Below are positions 1 to 9,439 of a stretch of DNA of 64,000 nt, piece after piece; within the stretch, counting starts at the first letter, position 1, and each line of letters opens with the position of its first letter. The notes under the pieces are model-generated. The model was not told the origin of the DNA. It did no database searches and saw nothing but the letters and a program-made list of their open reading frames with translations. This DNA comes from Candidatus Omnitrophota bacterium (lineage in GTDB: Bacteria; Omnitrophota; Gorgyraeia; Duberdicusellales; 4484-171): assembly GCA_037146775.1 (NCBI GenBank), contig JBAWWL010000001.1, forward strand, positions 133,464 to 197,463, given 5' to 3'. The translations under genes and the position numbers were made by a program.

Positions 1-1710
1 GACGATTATCCTTTCTTTGTGATAGACGATGCTCGTGGGTTAGAAATGAGTCGTTCCTGTCCATGGAGGGGTTGTACATTTTGTTCAGCTTGTAAACAAT
101 TCGGGAAAGGTAATGCTAACCGCTGGAGGCCATTTCCTCTTAAGAGAATGCTTCAGGTTGTCAGACACAAAGTAAGTGAGGGAGATCATCAGTTTTATAT
201 TATAGATTCAGAAAGCTTTGGTCCGGTAAGGACAACCGCTTCATTTGATAAAACGATGTCAAGAATGGAGGCATTTGCACAAGGTCTAAAAGAGATTAAT
301 GGCGATTTTTCTGGAATAGTTCTTAATAAGAATAAAGTAGAAAAAATAATAAAGAGAGTTAAGAGTTTCAGCAAATTCTTAGGTTTTGTGATCATTAAGT
401 TTTTAACTTTTCTTAAGTTTCTCGGATTATTACGATATAAAATTATCATTCGACCCGCTTCAGTGAGGGTTGATACCATTTATCGACAAGGTGAAAGAGA
501 AAAAAACAAACGACGCAGGCATGTTTATAAACAACTACGAAAGGCCGGTTTTGATATGCTTTATTTAGGAATAGAATCCGGAAGTGATGAACAACTCAGG
601 CGGTATGGCAAGGGGGTGAGTGTTGCTGAAAATAAAAGAGCGATAAAGATTGTAAAAAAACTTGGATTTAAGCTCGATGTAGGATTTATTTTCTTTGACC
701 CTTTAGCTACCTTGGATGATTTACGAAACAATATAAGTTTTATTGAAGAAACCGGGCTATTAGAGATTAATTCTCGTATCCTGGGCAGTCTGCGGGTTCA
801 GGCCGGAAGTCCTTTTGTAGAGATGGCGCGGAAAAAAGGTTTATTAGGAGAATTTGATCTTGATTCTCTGAGCTATGATTGCGATTATGAAAATCGTCAA
901 GTTGCTCAGATAGAAATAATTTTTAGCCGCTGGGAAGCAGTGACTAGGGAGTTATTAAAATGCTGGACCATACCCGAAGAAACTGAAATTGAAGGAAGAA
1001 AAATGGACTTTGAATTTGTTAAAGCGCTTGTTGGGCTTTATCCGGGCACAGATCCTGCATTTCTTGAGCAAGAGATTTTGAGGGTATCAGGCGAATTTGT
1101 AGCGCGAAGGGAGATGTTTTTCCGAGAGATTCAAAATAAATTGAAAAAAATCTTAGATGGAGTAGCTATTGCAAAGTTAGGAGAAGCGCAACATCTGAAT
1201 GAATTATTGATTGGAGAGGTCAAACAATTTCTTGCCAGTTCGGCTTTATGTAAAGATGATTTTCAGGCAATAGCCGCAAGGCTTGCAGACAAAATAAGTA
1301 CCACGGGTAATTTTCGGCATTTGCCGCGTTATCGAAAGCCCATAAACGATTCTTTGGAATGGGAACTCTGTAGAGGTAATTGTGTGAGGTTACCTTCAGG
1401 AAAACATCGCCGTATACCAGCGGGTTCACCACAAGATTACAACTCAATACTCAATACCCGTTACCCACGACTAGATAAAGCCGGTTCGCCGTTTCACGAA
1501 AAACCTTGTTCCTTACCTCGCCGGCAGGCAGGCGCATCGGAACATGGTTTGGTGTCCTATATCAGCGCTGAGCGAACGCGAGTAAGCCGGAGTGCTGACT
1601 CGCCAAAGGATTTTCGTCCACGAACCGCAACTCATGACTTACGATTGTATAAAGCCAACTCGCCGGCACTACCTCCGGTATTAGGACTTTTTTGCGGGGT
1701 AAAAAAATAA
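1..1710 (+). CDS. radical SAM domain protein, 5'-partial. The last ~120 codons are GC-rich and low-complexity, so the true stop may be earlier.
   Basis: Frame is open from base 1; the ORF track starts at a GTG at 19. Cys cluster CPWRGCTFC (Cx4Cx2C) and a GIESGS motif typical of radical SAM/B12-rSAM enzymes. The C-terminal 370 nt differs in composition from the rest of the gene. Confidence 0.5.
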   Translation, partial: DDYPFFVIDDARGLEMSRSCPWRGCTFCSACKQFGKGNANRWRPFPLKRMLQVVRHKVSEGDHQFYIIDSESFGPVRTTASFDKTMSRMEAFAQGLKEINGDFSGIVLNKNKVEKIIKRVKSFSKFLGFVIIKFLTFLKFLGLLRYKIIIRPASVRVDTIYRQGEREKNKRRRHVYKQLRKAGFDMLYLGIESGSDEQLRRYGKGVSVAENKRAIKIVKKLGFKLDVGFIFFDPLATLDDLRNNISFIEETGLLEINSRILGSLRVQAGSPFVEMARKKGLLGEFDLDSLSYDCDYENRQVAQIEIIFSRWEAVTRELLKCWTIPEETEIEGRKMDFEFVKALVGLYPGTDPAFLEQEILRVSGEFVARREMFFREIQNKLKKILDGVAIAKLGEAQHLNELLIGEVKQFLASSALCKDDFQAIAARLADKISTTGNFRHLPRYRKPINDSLEWELCRGNCVRLPSGKHRRIPAGSPQDYNSILNTRYPRLDKAGSPFHEKPCSLPRRQAGASEHGLVSYISAERTRVSRSADSPKDFRPRTATHDLRLYKANSPALPPVLGLFCGVKK

Positions 1711-1800
1711 TTTGTACTATATAAACCGTAGTAATTTTGCTTTTATTTAAAAGGAAGGCTTGGTACAATAATAATCGACGAAAAGCATAGGAGGTGTGCG

Positions 1801-2115
1801 ATGGTGTCTGAAGAGCAGTTTGGTTACAGAAGGGCGTATAAGCGGTTGCCTTGTCTTTTGTCGGCGACATACAAGACACATGAAGTAACGCAATGTCAGG
1901 CTACCTGTTATGACATCAGCTACAAGGGCGCAGGTATTATTGCCAGTGAGCCTCTGGCTATCGATCATGGGCTTACGCTTGAGCTTAATACTATGCGGTC
2001 AGGACTTTTATCGCTAGAAGGAACGGTGCGCTGGTGTAAGAAAGTTTCTAAAGGCTGGCAGGCCGGTATTATGTTTGATAAGATTCTACCTTTTGAGCTC
2101 GAGAGGCTTGTGTAA
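1801..2115 (+). CDS. PilZ domain protein (c-di-GMP-binding type)
   Basis: RRxxxR-like YRRAYKR and D-x-S-x-x-G-like DISYKGAG motifs in a ~100 aa protein. AGGAGG RBS 6 nt upstream of the ATG. Confidence 0.55.
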   Translation: MVSEEQFGYRRAYKRLPCLLSATYKTHEVTQCQATCYDISYKGAGIIASEPLAIDHGLTLELNTMRSGLLSLEGTVRWCKKVSKGWQAGIMFDKILPFELERLV

Positions 2116-2164
2116 CCTTCCTGATGCGCAGCCTTACCCGATGCCTAGCACATATTATTGCCAT

Positions 2165-3832
2165 ATGAAGAATTTCTTACGGCGGCGCGCCTCAACAGAC
2201 CCCGCCTTTACTGCTATATTTTGTGCCCTAGTTATAACTTTTTCTCTGCTATTACCTTTTATAATTCGTGGCCAGAATATCCAGTCGACTGATAATAATG
2301 TGCCAGTTTACGGTGATACCATTGTTACGGGCACTAGTGCGGAGGCAAGCAACTTAATTCCTATGCTTTCTTCGGATAGCGCCTCTCATGAAATTTCAGG
2401 GATGATTTTTAATGGCCTGGTGAAATATGATAAAGACCTTACACTTGCCGGCGATTTAGCCCAAAATTGGGAAATAAGCCCTGATGGTTTGACTATCATT
2501 TTTCATTTGCGAAAAGGAGTGAAATGGCAAGATGGTGTAGAGGTAACTGCTGATGATGTTATGTTTGGCTACCGCACCATCATTGATGAGCGTACTCCTA
2601 CTGCGTATAAAGAAGATTATTTGCAGGTAAAAGAAGCCCGGGCAATAGACCGCTATACTTTTCGTGTCACTTATGAATTGCCGTTCGCACCGGCTTTAAG
2701 CAGCTGGGGAAGCCTTGTTGTTCTCCCTAAACATATACTTGAAGGAAAAATTATTACAAAAAATGATTTTTCCCGTAAACCAATAGGTAACGGACCGTTT
2801 AAATTATTAGAATGGATTCCTGGGCAGAGAGTTATCTTGGAGTCTAATCCGGAATATTTCGAAGGCAAGCCATACATTAACAGGTTTGTTTACCGTATTA
2901 TCCCAGACGTTTCTACTATGTTTTTGGAACTTAAAACCGGCGGGATTGATTGGATGGGATTGACGCCGCTACAATATAAAAACCAGACGGATACAGATTA
3001 TTTTAAGAAAAACTATAAAAAATTTCGCTACCCAAGCTTTGCCTACACTTACTTAGGTTTTAATTTCAAGCATCCTTGGTTCCAGGACAAGCGTATTCGC
3101 CAGGCGTTTGCTTATGCGATAAATAAAGAAGAAATTATAAAAGGGGTTTTATCCGGTTTGGCTACTCCCTCAACCGGGCCCTATGTTCCGAACACCTGGC
3201 CATATAATCCGGAAGTGAAAAAATACGAATTTAATCCCCAAAAAGCACAGGAATTACTTAAAAGTGCAGGCTGGCAGGATACTAACAGCGATGGTATTTT
3301 AGAAAAAGACGGCCGGCCGTTCGAGTTTACCATTCTTACGAATATGGGTAATACTTTAAGGATGAAAACCGCTACCATTATTCAGTGGCGGTTAAGTAAA
3401 ATTGGAATTAAAGTGCATATTAGAGAGCTTGAGTGGTCAACGTTCATCAATGAGTTTATCGACAAAAAACGTTTCGAGGCGGTTCTTTTGGGCTGGAGCA
3501 TTGGTCTTGATCCCGACCAATACGATATTTGGCATTCCAGTAAAACTAAAGAGAAAGAACTAAATTTTATCAGTTTTAAAAACGCAGAAGTGGACGAGTT
3601 GTTAGAGACTGGCCGAAGGACATTTGATATAGAAAAAAGGAAGAAAGCGTATTACCGTATTCAAGAGATTCTGTCGGAGGAATTGCCGTATATTTTTTTA
3701 TACGTTCCTGATTCTTTGTCGATTATCAGTTCGCGTTTCTATGGTATTGAGCCTGCGGCGACAGGCATTGGCTATAATATCCATAAATGGTATGTGCCAA
3801 AGAGATTACAGAAGCACGCAATAGAGAAATAG
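2165..3832 (+). CDS. oppA: ABC transporter substrate-binding protein, family 5 (oligopeptide/dipeptide)
   Basis: The ~555 aa product has an N-terminal hydrophobic signal and SBP_bac_5-like sequence throughout. Internal ATG at 2165 chosen over the ORF-track start at 2075. Followed by oppBCDF. Confidence 0.8.
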   Translation: MKNFLRRRASTDPAFTAIFCALVITFSLLLPFIIRGQNIQSTDNNVPVYGDTIVTGTSAEASNLIPMLSSDSASHEISGMIFNGLVKYDKDLTLAGDLAQNWEISPDGLTIIFHLRKGVKWQDGVEVTADDVMFGYRTIIDERTPTAYKEDYLQVKEARAIDRYTFRVTYELPFAPALSSWGSLVVLPKHILEGKIITKNDFSRKPIGNGPFKLLEWIPGQRVILESNPEYFEGKPYINRFVYRIIPDVSTMFLELKTGGIDWMGLTPLQYKNQTDTDYFKKNYKKFRYPSFAYTYLGFNFKHPWFQDKRIRQAFAYAINKEEIIKGVLSGLATPSTGPYVPNTWPYNPEVKKYEFNPQKAQELLKSAGWQDTNSDGILEKDGRPFEFTILTNMGNTLRMKTATIIQWRLSKIGIKVHIRELEWSTFINEFIDKKRFEAVLLGWSIGLDPDQYDIWHSSKTKEKELNFISFKNAEVDELLETGRRTFDIEKRKKAYYRIQEILSEELPYIFLYVPDSLSIISSRFYGIEPAATGIGYNIHKWYVPKRLQKHAIEK

Positions 3833-3844
3833 GCTGATCTAATC

Positions 3845-4819
3845 ATGCTGAAATATTTATCCAAGAAGGCATTCGAATTAATTCCCACATTCTTTGGTAT
3901 TACTCTTATTTCGTTTTTTTTAATTCATCTGACTCCTGGTAAACCCACAGACGTTATGTCTGAGCTGAATCCTAAAATGACGCCAGAAGCACGGTTGCGG
4001 CTTGAAAAATATTACGGATTAGACAAACCCATAATCGTGCAATACGCAAAATGGCTTTCTCGGCTGATTACCTGCGATTTTGGGGAAAGTTTTTCGCAGG
4101 ATAAGCGCCTTGTCTGGGATAAAATAAAAGAGCGTTTGCCCATAACGATTTTTATTAACTTTGTTGCGCTTATACTGATTTTTCTCATCGCTATCCCCAT
4201 AGGTATACGTTGTGCTATCCGGCCGAATTCTTTATATGATAATATAACCACAGTATCGGTATTTATAGGTTTGGCTACGCCTACCTTTTGGCTTGCGCTT
4301 ATTTTACAGTTGATTTTTGGAGTATACCTGGGGTGGCTGCCTATTTCAGGAATAAAATCTTTAGGTTACGAAGGCATGTCTTTATTAGGCAAGATGTGGG
4401 ATTTTACCAGTCATCTTATCTTACCTATATTTATATCAATTTTTGGCGGCTTAGCCGGGCTTTCGCGGTATATGCGTTCAAATATGATTGAAGTGCTTAA
4501 CCAAGAGTATATTATGACCGCTCGGGCCAAGGGACTTTCTGAAAAAGCGATTATTTATAAACATGCTCTAAGGAATGCTTTATTGCCGGTAATAACTATC
4601 CTTGGGCTTTCTATTCCTGGGTTGATAGGCGGCAGTGTTATTTTTGAAACCATTTTTGCTATTCCGGGCATGGGCCAACTTTCATATATGGCGGTTATGA
4701 CCAGGGATTATCCCCTAATTATGGCACTTTTAGTTATCGATGCTTTTCTGGTTTTAATTGGCAACCTTCTTGCGGATATAGGCTATGCTTTAGCTGACCC
4801 GCGTATCCGGGTAAAATGA
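3845..4819 (+). CDS. oppB: oligopeptide ABC transporter permease
   Basis: Multi-TM BPD_transp_1 permease. N-terminal [24 protein letters not shown] is typical of OppB/DppB. Confidence 0.85.
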   Translation: MLKYLSKKAFELIPTFFGITLISFFLIHLTPGKPTDVMSELNPKMTPEARLRLEKYYGLDKPIIVQYAKWLSRLITCDFGESFSQDKRLVWDKIKERLPITIFINFVALILIFLIAIPIGIRCAIRPNSLYDNITTVSVFIGLATPTFWLALILQLIFGVYLGWLPISGIKSLGYEGMSLLGKMWDFTSHLILPIFISIFGGLAGLSRYMRSNMIEVLNQEYIMTARAKGLSEKAIIYKHALRNALLPVITILGLSIPGLIGGSVIFETIFAIPGMGQLSYMAVMTRDYPLIMALLVIDAFLVLIGNLLADIGYALADPRIRVK

Positions 4820-5655
4820 TAATTATGAATATGTTTTGGAAAAGATTTAAAAAGAATAAGTTAGCAGTGGGTGGAGCTATATTTGTATTTCTGCTGGTTA
4901 TCGTAGCCATAGCTGCTCCTTTATTTGCACCGCAAGATCCCAATGCCATTGATGTGGACAGTATATTACAGCTGCCAAGCGTAATTCATCCTCTGGGAAC
5001 AGATGATTTGGGCCGGGATGTTTTAAGCAGAATGATCTGGGGGGCGCGTATTTCTTTAGCTGTCGGTTTCGTGGCGGTAGGGATAGCAACACTGATCGGA
5101 GTTATCTTGGGCGCCATAGCGGGATATTATAGGGGCTTGATCGAATCTCTTATTATGCGCTTAGTGGATATCATGCTGACCATACCCAGTTTTTTTCTTA
5201 TTCTTACTGTAATTGCTTTTGTCGGTCCGGGTATCTGGAATATTATGGTGGTAATCGGTGTAACCAGCTGGATGGGGGTGGCGCGGTTAGTGCGCGCAGA
5301 GTTTTTAAGCCTTAACGAACGGGAATTCATTTTAGCCGCTAAATCTGTCGGTGCCAGTAATACCCGGATAATATTGCGCCACATACTGCCTAACGCGTTA
5401 TCTCCGGTGTATGTTTATTTTATTTTAGGTATAGCCGGGGCGATATTATTAGAGTCGGCTTTGAGTTTTTTAGGATTGGGGGTCCAGCCGCCGGCCCCAA
5501 GCTGGGGAAATATTTTGGCTTCCGGACGAGAAAACATGGAAATTGCTTGGTGGTTAGTTGTGTTTCCTGGCATGGCGATATTAGTTACTTGTCTTTCTTA
5601 TTATCTTTTGGGCGAAGGAATTAGAGAAGCGCTGGATCCAAGGCTTAAAACATAA
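4816..5655 (+). CDS. oppC: oligopeptide ABC transporter permease
   Basis: Start overlaps the oppB stop (ATGA). OppC-type permease with the conserved EAA-like loop region. Confidence 0.85.
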   Translation: MIIMNMFWKRFKKNKLAVGGAIFVFLLVIVAIAAPLFAPQDPNAIDVDSILQLPSVIHPLGTDDLGRDVLSRMIWGARISLAVGFVAVGIATLIGVILGAIAGYYRGLIESLIMRLVDIMLTIPSFFLILTVIAFVGPGIWNIMVVIGVTSWMGVARLVRAEFLSLNEREFILAAKSVGASNTRIILRHILPNALSPVYVYFILGIAGAILLESALSFLGLGVQPPAPSWGNILASGRENMEIAWWLVVFPGMAILVTCLSYYLLGEGIREALDPRLKT

Positions 5656-5736
5656 TTAAATAATCAACGGATTGATTAAAAACAAATTTGTTAATTTTAT
5701 AATCATTTAATCCGTTAATTCACTAATAATTTAAAT

Positions 5737-6705
5737 ATGAGTTTATTGAAAGTAAATAATTTAGAAGTTTCTTTTTTTACCGATGCCGGTGAGGTTAAAG
5801 CCGTCAGGGGCATAAGTTTTAGCTTAGAAAAAGGTAAAACCTTAGGGTTGGTTGGTGAAAGTGGGTGTGGTAAAACTGCTACCGCACTTTCCCTTGTACG
5901 CTTGGTGCCTTATCCCGGGCGTATTAAAGGCGGAGAGATATTATATAAGGGTAGCGATGTGCTTAAACTTAATGAGATAGAGATGCGTAAAATCAGAGGA
6001 AAAGAAATAGCTTTTGTTTTTCAGGAACCGATGTCGGCGTTGAACCCGGTATTTACCATAGGAGAGCAGATAGCAGAAGCTGTGATGTTGCATCAAGGGG
6101 TGGATAGCAAAGAAGCACTTACAAAAACCGCCGATGTCTTGGGCCGCGTTGGTATTGCTCAAACCCTCCGGCGCATGAAAGATTATCCGCATCAGCTAAG
6201 CGGAGGAATGCGCCAGCGCGTTTTAATTGCCATGGCGCTTGCGTGTAATCCGGCCTTGCTTATCGCGGATGAGCCTACAACTGCCCTGGATGTTACTATC
6301 CAGGCGCAAATAATCGAGTTAATCGGTAACTTGCAGAAAGAAATGCAGATGGCCATGTTGTTGATTACGCACGATTTGGGCATTGTTGCAGAAACTGTGG
6401 ATGAAGTAGCAATTATGTATAGCGGAAAGATTGTAGAGATTGCTTCATGCAAAGAACTCTTTCTCAAACCGTTTCACCCATACACCCAAGGGCTTTTGGA
6501 TTCATTGCCAAGAATCGAAGGCAGTCAAAGAATTCCGCTTAAAACGATAAAAGGTACGGTTGGCCAGCTGATTAATATCCCGCAAGGTTGCAGTTTCTAT
6601 GATCGATGCCCTCAGGCCAAAGATTCTTGCAGAGAGCAGGAGCCCGAACTTATTGAATGCAGGCCAGGACATAGGGTGGCATGCTATCTCTACGATCAGG
6701 ATTAA
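5737..6705 (+). CDS. oppD: oligopeptide ABC transporter ATP-binding protein
   Basis: Walker A GESGCGKT, signature LSGGMRQR, and a C-terminal oligopeptide_ABC Cys-rich extension. Confidence 0.85.
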   Translation: MSLLKVNNLEVSFFTDAGEVKAVRGISFSLEKGKTLGLVGESGCGKTATALSLVRLVPYPGRIKGGEILYKGSDVLKLNEIEMRKIRGKEIAFVFQEPMSALNPVFTIGEQIAEAVMLHQGVDSKEALTKTADVLGRVGIAQTLRRMKDYPHQLSGGMRQRVLIAMALACNPALLIADEPTTALDVTIQAQIIELIGNLQKEMQMAMLLITHDLGIVAETVDEVAIMYSGKIVEIASCKELFLKPFHPYTQGLLDSLPRIEGSQRIPLKTIKGTVGQLINIPQGCSFYDRCPQAKDSCREQEPELIECRPGHRVACYLYDQD

Positions 6706-6746
6706 CGAATTAAAGGATTAATGAATTTCATTAAAAAGATTGTATT

Positions 6747-7706
6747 ATGTCAGAATTGTTGAGAGCTGAAAATTTGGTAAAGCATTTCCCGGTCACGTCC
6801 GGTTTCTTCGGAGGAAAAGCCGGTGTGGTACATGCTGTCAGCGGAGTGAGTTTCTTTCTGAAAGAAGGAGAAACTCTTGGATTAGTGGGGGAAAGTGGTT
6901 GCGGTAAATCTACGCTCGCTAAATTAGTCGCTCGGCTCATCGCGCCTGATAGCGGAACAATTATTTTTGAAGGAAAAGATGTGACGCGGTTAAACACAAA
7001 AGCATTGAAGTCTTTCCACCGCAACCTGCAATTTGTATTCCAGGATCCGTACTCTTCTTTAAACCCCAGAATGACCGCTGCTAAAATTATCGCTGAACCT
7101 TTGTCCATCCATGGTATAGCCGGGGGTACGGTCTTGACGGAAAAAGTTAATCAGTTGTTAGATATTGTCGGAATTTCCAAAAACGCGCGTAACCGCTATC
7201 CCCATGAATTTAGTGGCGGCCAACGTCAAAGAATCGGCATTGCCAGGGCATTAGCGCTGAATCCTAAACTTATTATTGCGGACGAACCTATTTCTGCGTT
7301 GGATATTTCTATCCAGGCACAAGTCTTAAACTTATTTCTCAGGCTGCAAAAAGAATTTCACCTTACGTATTTATTTATCAGTCACGACCTGCGTATTATA
7401 GAATATATGAGCGACAGAATAATGGTGATGTATTTAGGTAAGATTATGGAAATTGCTCCGGCAAAAGATCTATATTTTCATCCTATACATCCCTATACTC
7501 AGGCGCTTTTGTCCGATATTCCTGCATTGGGCGGCCGGTCATCAAAAAGAATTATTCTGAAAGGAGAAATCCCTTCGCCGATAAATCCGCCTTGGGGGTG
7601 CAGATTTCATACTCGCTGCATATATGTTCAAGACAGATGCAGGAATGAAGAGCCGCCGTTATCCTTGCGCGATGACCGTTTATTTGCGTGTCATTTTCCA
7701 CTTTAA
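6747..7706 (+). CDS. oppF: oligopeptide ABC transporter ATP-binding protein
   Basis: Walker A GESGCGKST, signature FSGGQRQR, C-terminal OppF-type extension. Confidence 0.85.
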   Translation: MSELLRAENLVKHFPVTSGFFGGKAGVVHAVSGVSFFLKEGETLGLVGESGCGKSTLAKLVARLIAPDSGTIIFEGKDVTRLNTKALKSFHRNLQFVFQDPYSSLNPRMTAAKIIAEPLSIHGIAGGTVLTEKVNQLLDIVGISKNARNRYPHEFSGGQRQRIGIARALALNPKLIIADEPISALDISIQAQVLNLFLRLQKEFHLTYLFISHDLRIIEYMSDRIMVMYLGKIMEIAPAKDLYFHPIHPYTQALLSDIPALGGRSSKRIILKGEIPSPINPPWGCRFHTRCIYVQDRCRNEEPPLSLRDDRLFACHFPL

Positions 7707-7890
7707 TAAAGCTTTTCCTCTTTATGCCTGGTAAGGTGTTTTTGGGGTAGAAAAGCTTGGGAAAGTAGAAAATGCTTTATTTTTAAGGGTTTTTTGATAT
7801 AATAAAATAGTTCGATACTTTTGTAGGTATTCTTGAAAAGAGTATTATAATCAATAATCATAGGCTTATTATAAGGTAAGAGGAGGTAGA

Positions 7891-8154
7891 ATGGCCAGTC
7901 AAATCAATCTGGAAGAAGCAAAGAAGGAAATTAAAAAGCTTGTAGCGGAAATTGCCGAAAGGACAGAAGAGGAAGTCAAGGAAGACGCGCAATTTGCCGA
8001 AGATTTAGGCATTGACAGTATGATGGCTTTGGAAATTGTGGCCAGTATCGAAAAAAAATATAAGTTAGTTATTCCTGAAGAAGAAATTCCCAATATTCGT
8101 TCTTTACGTAACGTATACGATTTGCTTGAGAAGCTGCAGGACAAATCCGCTTGA
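7891..8154 (+). CDS. acpP: acyl carrier protein
   Basis: The 87 aa product has a DLGIDSMMALEIV phosphopantetheine attachment motif. GAGGAGG RBS upstream. Confidence 0.8.
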   Translation: MASQINLEEAKKEIKKLVAEIAERTEEEVKEDAQFAEDLGIDSMMALEIVASIEKKYKLVIPEEEIPNIRSLRNVYDLLEKLQDKSA

Positions 8155-8273
8155 GTACCGGTAGTCGTTCTTTTCTGAAGTGTTTAATGAGATAAAGGGC
8201 GCGTCCGGGCGATGGCGTGGAGTACGGGCATTTTTCTGCCGGCACCCCACTAGGTAAGCGCCAAGGAGGAGCG

Positions 8274-8654
8274 ATGGACAGAAAAAAAGTGCTGATCGTT
8301 GACGACGAAGAAAACGTATGTCTTTTTATGAAGGATATTTTTGAACGTAGTGGTTTGAAGGCATTTACCGCCCTAAGCGGCGAAGATGCTATGGCTACTT
8401 TCTCTAAGCAAAAACCGGAAGTTTGTATCATTGATATCCATATGCCGTTTTCCGAGTTTGACGGTATGGAGGTGCTCAGGCGCGTAAAGGACATAAATCA
8501 AAAAACCGTGTGTGTCGTGATAAGCCGTATTGACGACAAGGAGAAGATCAAGAAAGCAATGTTGCTTGGAACGGAACAATACTTGCTTAAACCCGTAAGC
8601 GTCGAGGAGATAAAAGATCTTATTGAGCATCTAAGGGCTGTATCGGTCAGCTAG
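8274..8654 (+). CDS. stand-alone response regulator receiver domain protein (CheY-like)
   Basis: Internal ATG at 8274 with an AAGGAGGA RBS. Acidic DDEE pocket, phospho-Asp in IIDIHMP, conserved S and K (YLLKP) of receiver domains. No output domain. Confidence 0.7.
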   Translation: MDRKKVLIVDDEENVCLFMKDIFERSGLKAFTALSGEDAMATFSKQKPEVCIIDIHMPFSEFDGMEVLRRVKDINQKTVCVVISRIDDKEKIKKAMLLGTEQYLLKPVSVEEIKDLIEHLRAVSVS

Positions 8655-8671
8655 ATGGCAGAAGGAGCCTG

Positions 8672-9001
8672 ATGGCAAATCCTTTACGTAACGAGGAAGA
8701 AATTTATGCGCAGCTCAAGAAAGAACACATTACTATCCACCCGTTGATATGGGAGCTGGTCGATCATCATATCAGAAATGACATTAATATTATCTCGTTG
8801 GCTATTGGAGGTCTGCGTTTTCATCGTTTATGGATTTTAAAGTTCTCCGGATTTATGATTAAATTTCTTCATCGTATTACGTTCCAGCCTGGTAAACCGG
8901 AAGATCTTGTTAATGCTTGTGACCGAAGTTTAAAAAGAGTGAAAGACGTAGATCTGTTTCTTAAAAAACTAAAACAAGCTACAGAAAACGATCAGGAGTA
9001 A
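8672..9001 (+). CDS. hypothetical protein between two receiver genes
   Basis: 109 aa ORF, tightly spaced between the flanking receiver genes. No recognisable motif. Confidence 0.4.
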   Translation: MANPLRNEEEIYAQLKKEHITIHPLIWELVDHHIRNDINIISLAIGGLRFHRLWILKFSGFMIKFLHRITFQPGKPEDLVNACDRSLKRVKDVDLFLKKLKQATENDQE

Positions 9002-9017
9002 GGGGTATCCTGTAAGT

Positions 9018-9374
9018 ATGAGTACTTTCTTGATTGTTGATGACGAAGTTTCCGTGCAGGATATTGTAGGAAACTTTATTGTGCGCAGGGGCCAACAAAT
9101 TTTAAAGGCACAAACCGGTCAGGAAGCGATCGCACTTTATGCAAAACATAGACCCGATTGTGTGTTACTAGACATGAAATTACCCGACATAAGCGGTATC
9201 GAGGTTTGTAAGAGCATTAAAACATTCAACCCGCAGGCAAAAATCTATTTTATTACAGGTATTGACGATAATAGTTTTAAGCAAGAAGCAGAACAGCTTG
9301 GTTCTGCCGGCTACCTCGTAAAGCCGATCGTGCTGGATGATGTGGCACAAATAATAAAAAGCATCTCTCCCTAG
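9018..9374 (+). CDS. stand-alone response regulator receiver domain protein (CheY-like)
   Basis: VDDE, LLDMKLPD, FITGID and YLVKP receiver signatures. 118 aa, no output domain. Confidence 0.7.
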   Translation: MSTFLIVDDEVSVQDIVGNFIVRRGQQILKAQTGQEAIALYAKHRPDCVLLDMKLPDISGIEVCKSIKTFNPQAKIYFITGIDDNSFKQEAEQLGSAGYLVKPIVLDDVAQIIKSISP

Positions 9375-9439
9375 CCAACAATTTCCCTCCGGTTTTACCA
9401 ACACATATTGTCAGGTGACGTTAAAGTACATAGGCTGAA

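Noticed and set aside
1330-1710. Possible RNase P RNA, SRP RNA or tmRNA in the GC-rich tail of the first ORF
   Set aside because: Partial matches only (GAACCGGCUUUAUC, GUGAAACGG, AGGUAAGG on the minus strand). They occur in the wrong order and spacing, and no P4 helix partner, tag-peptide frame or tRNA-like end was found. Retained only as a generic possible structured RNA in the findings.
6731-7108. 125-aa minus-strand ORF
   Set aside because: Antisense to oppF, whose ABC motifs are intact on the + strand.
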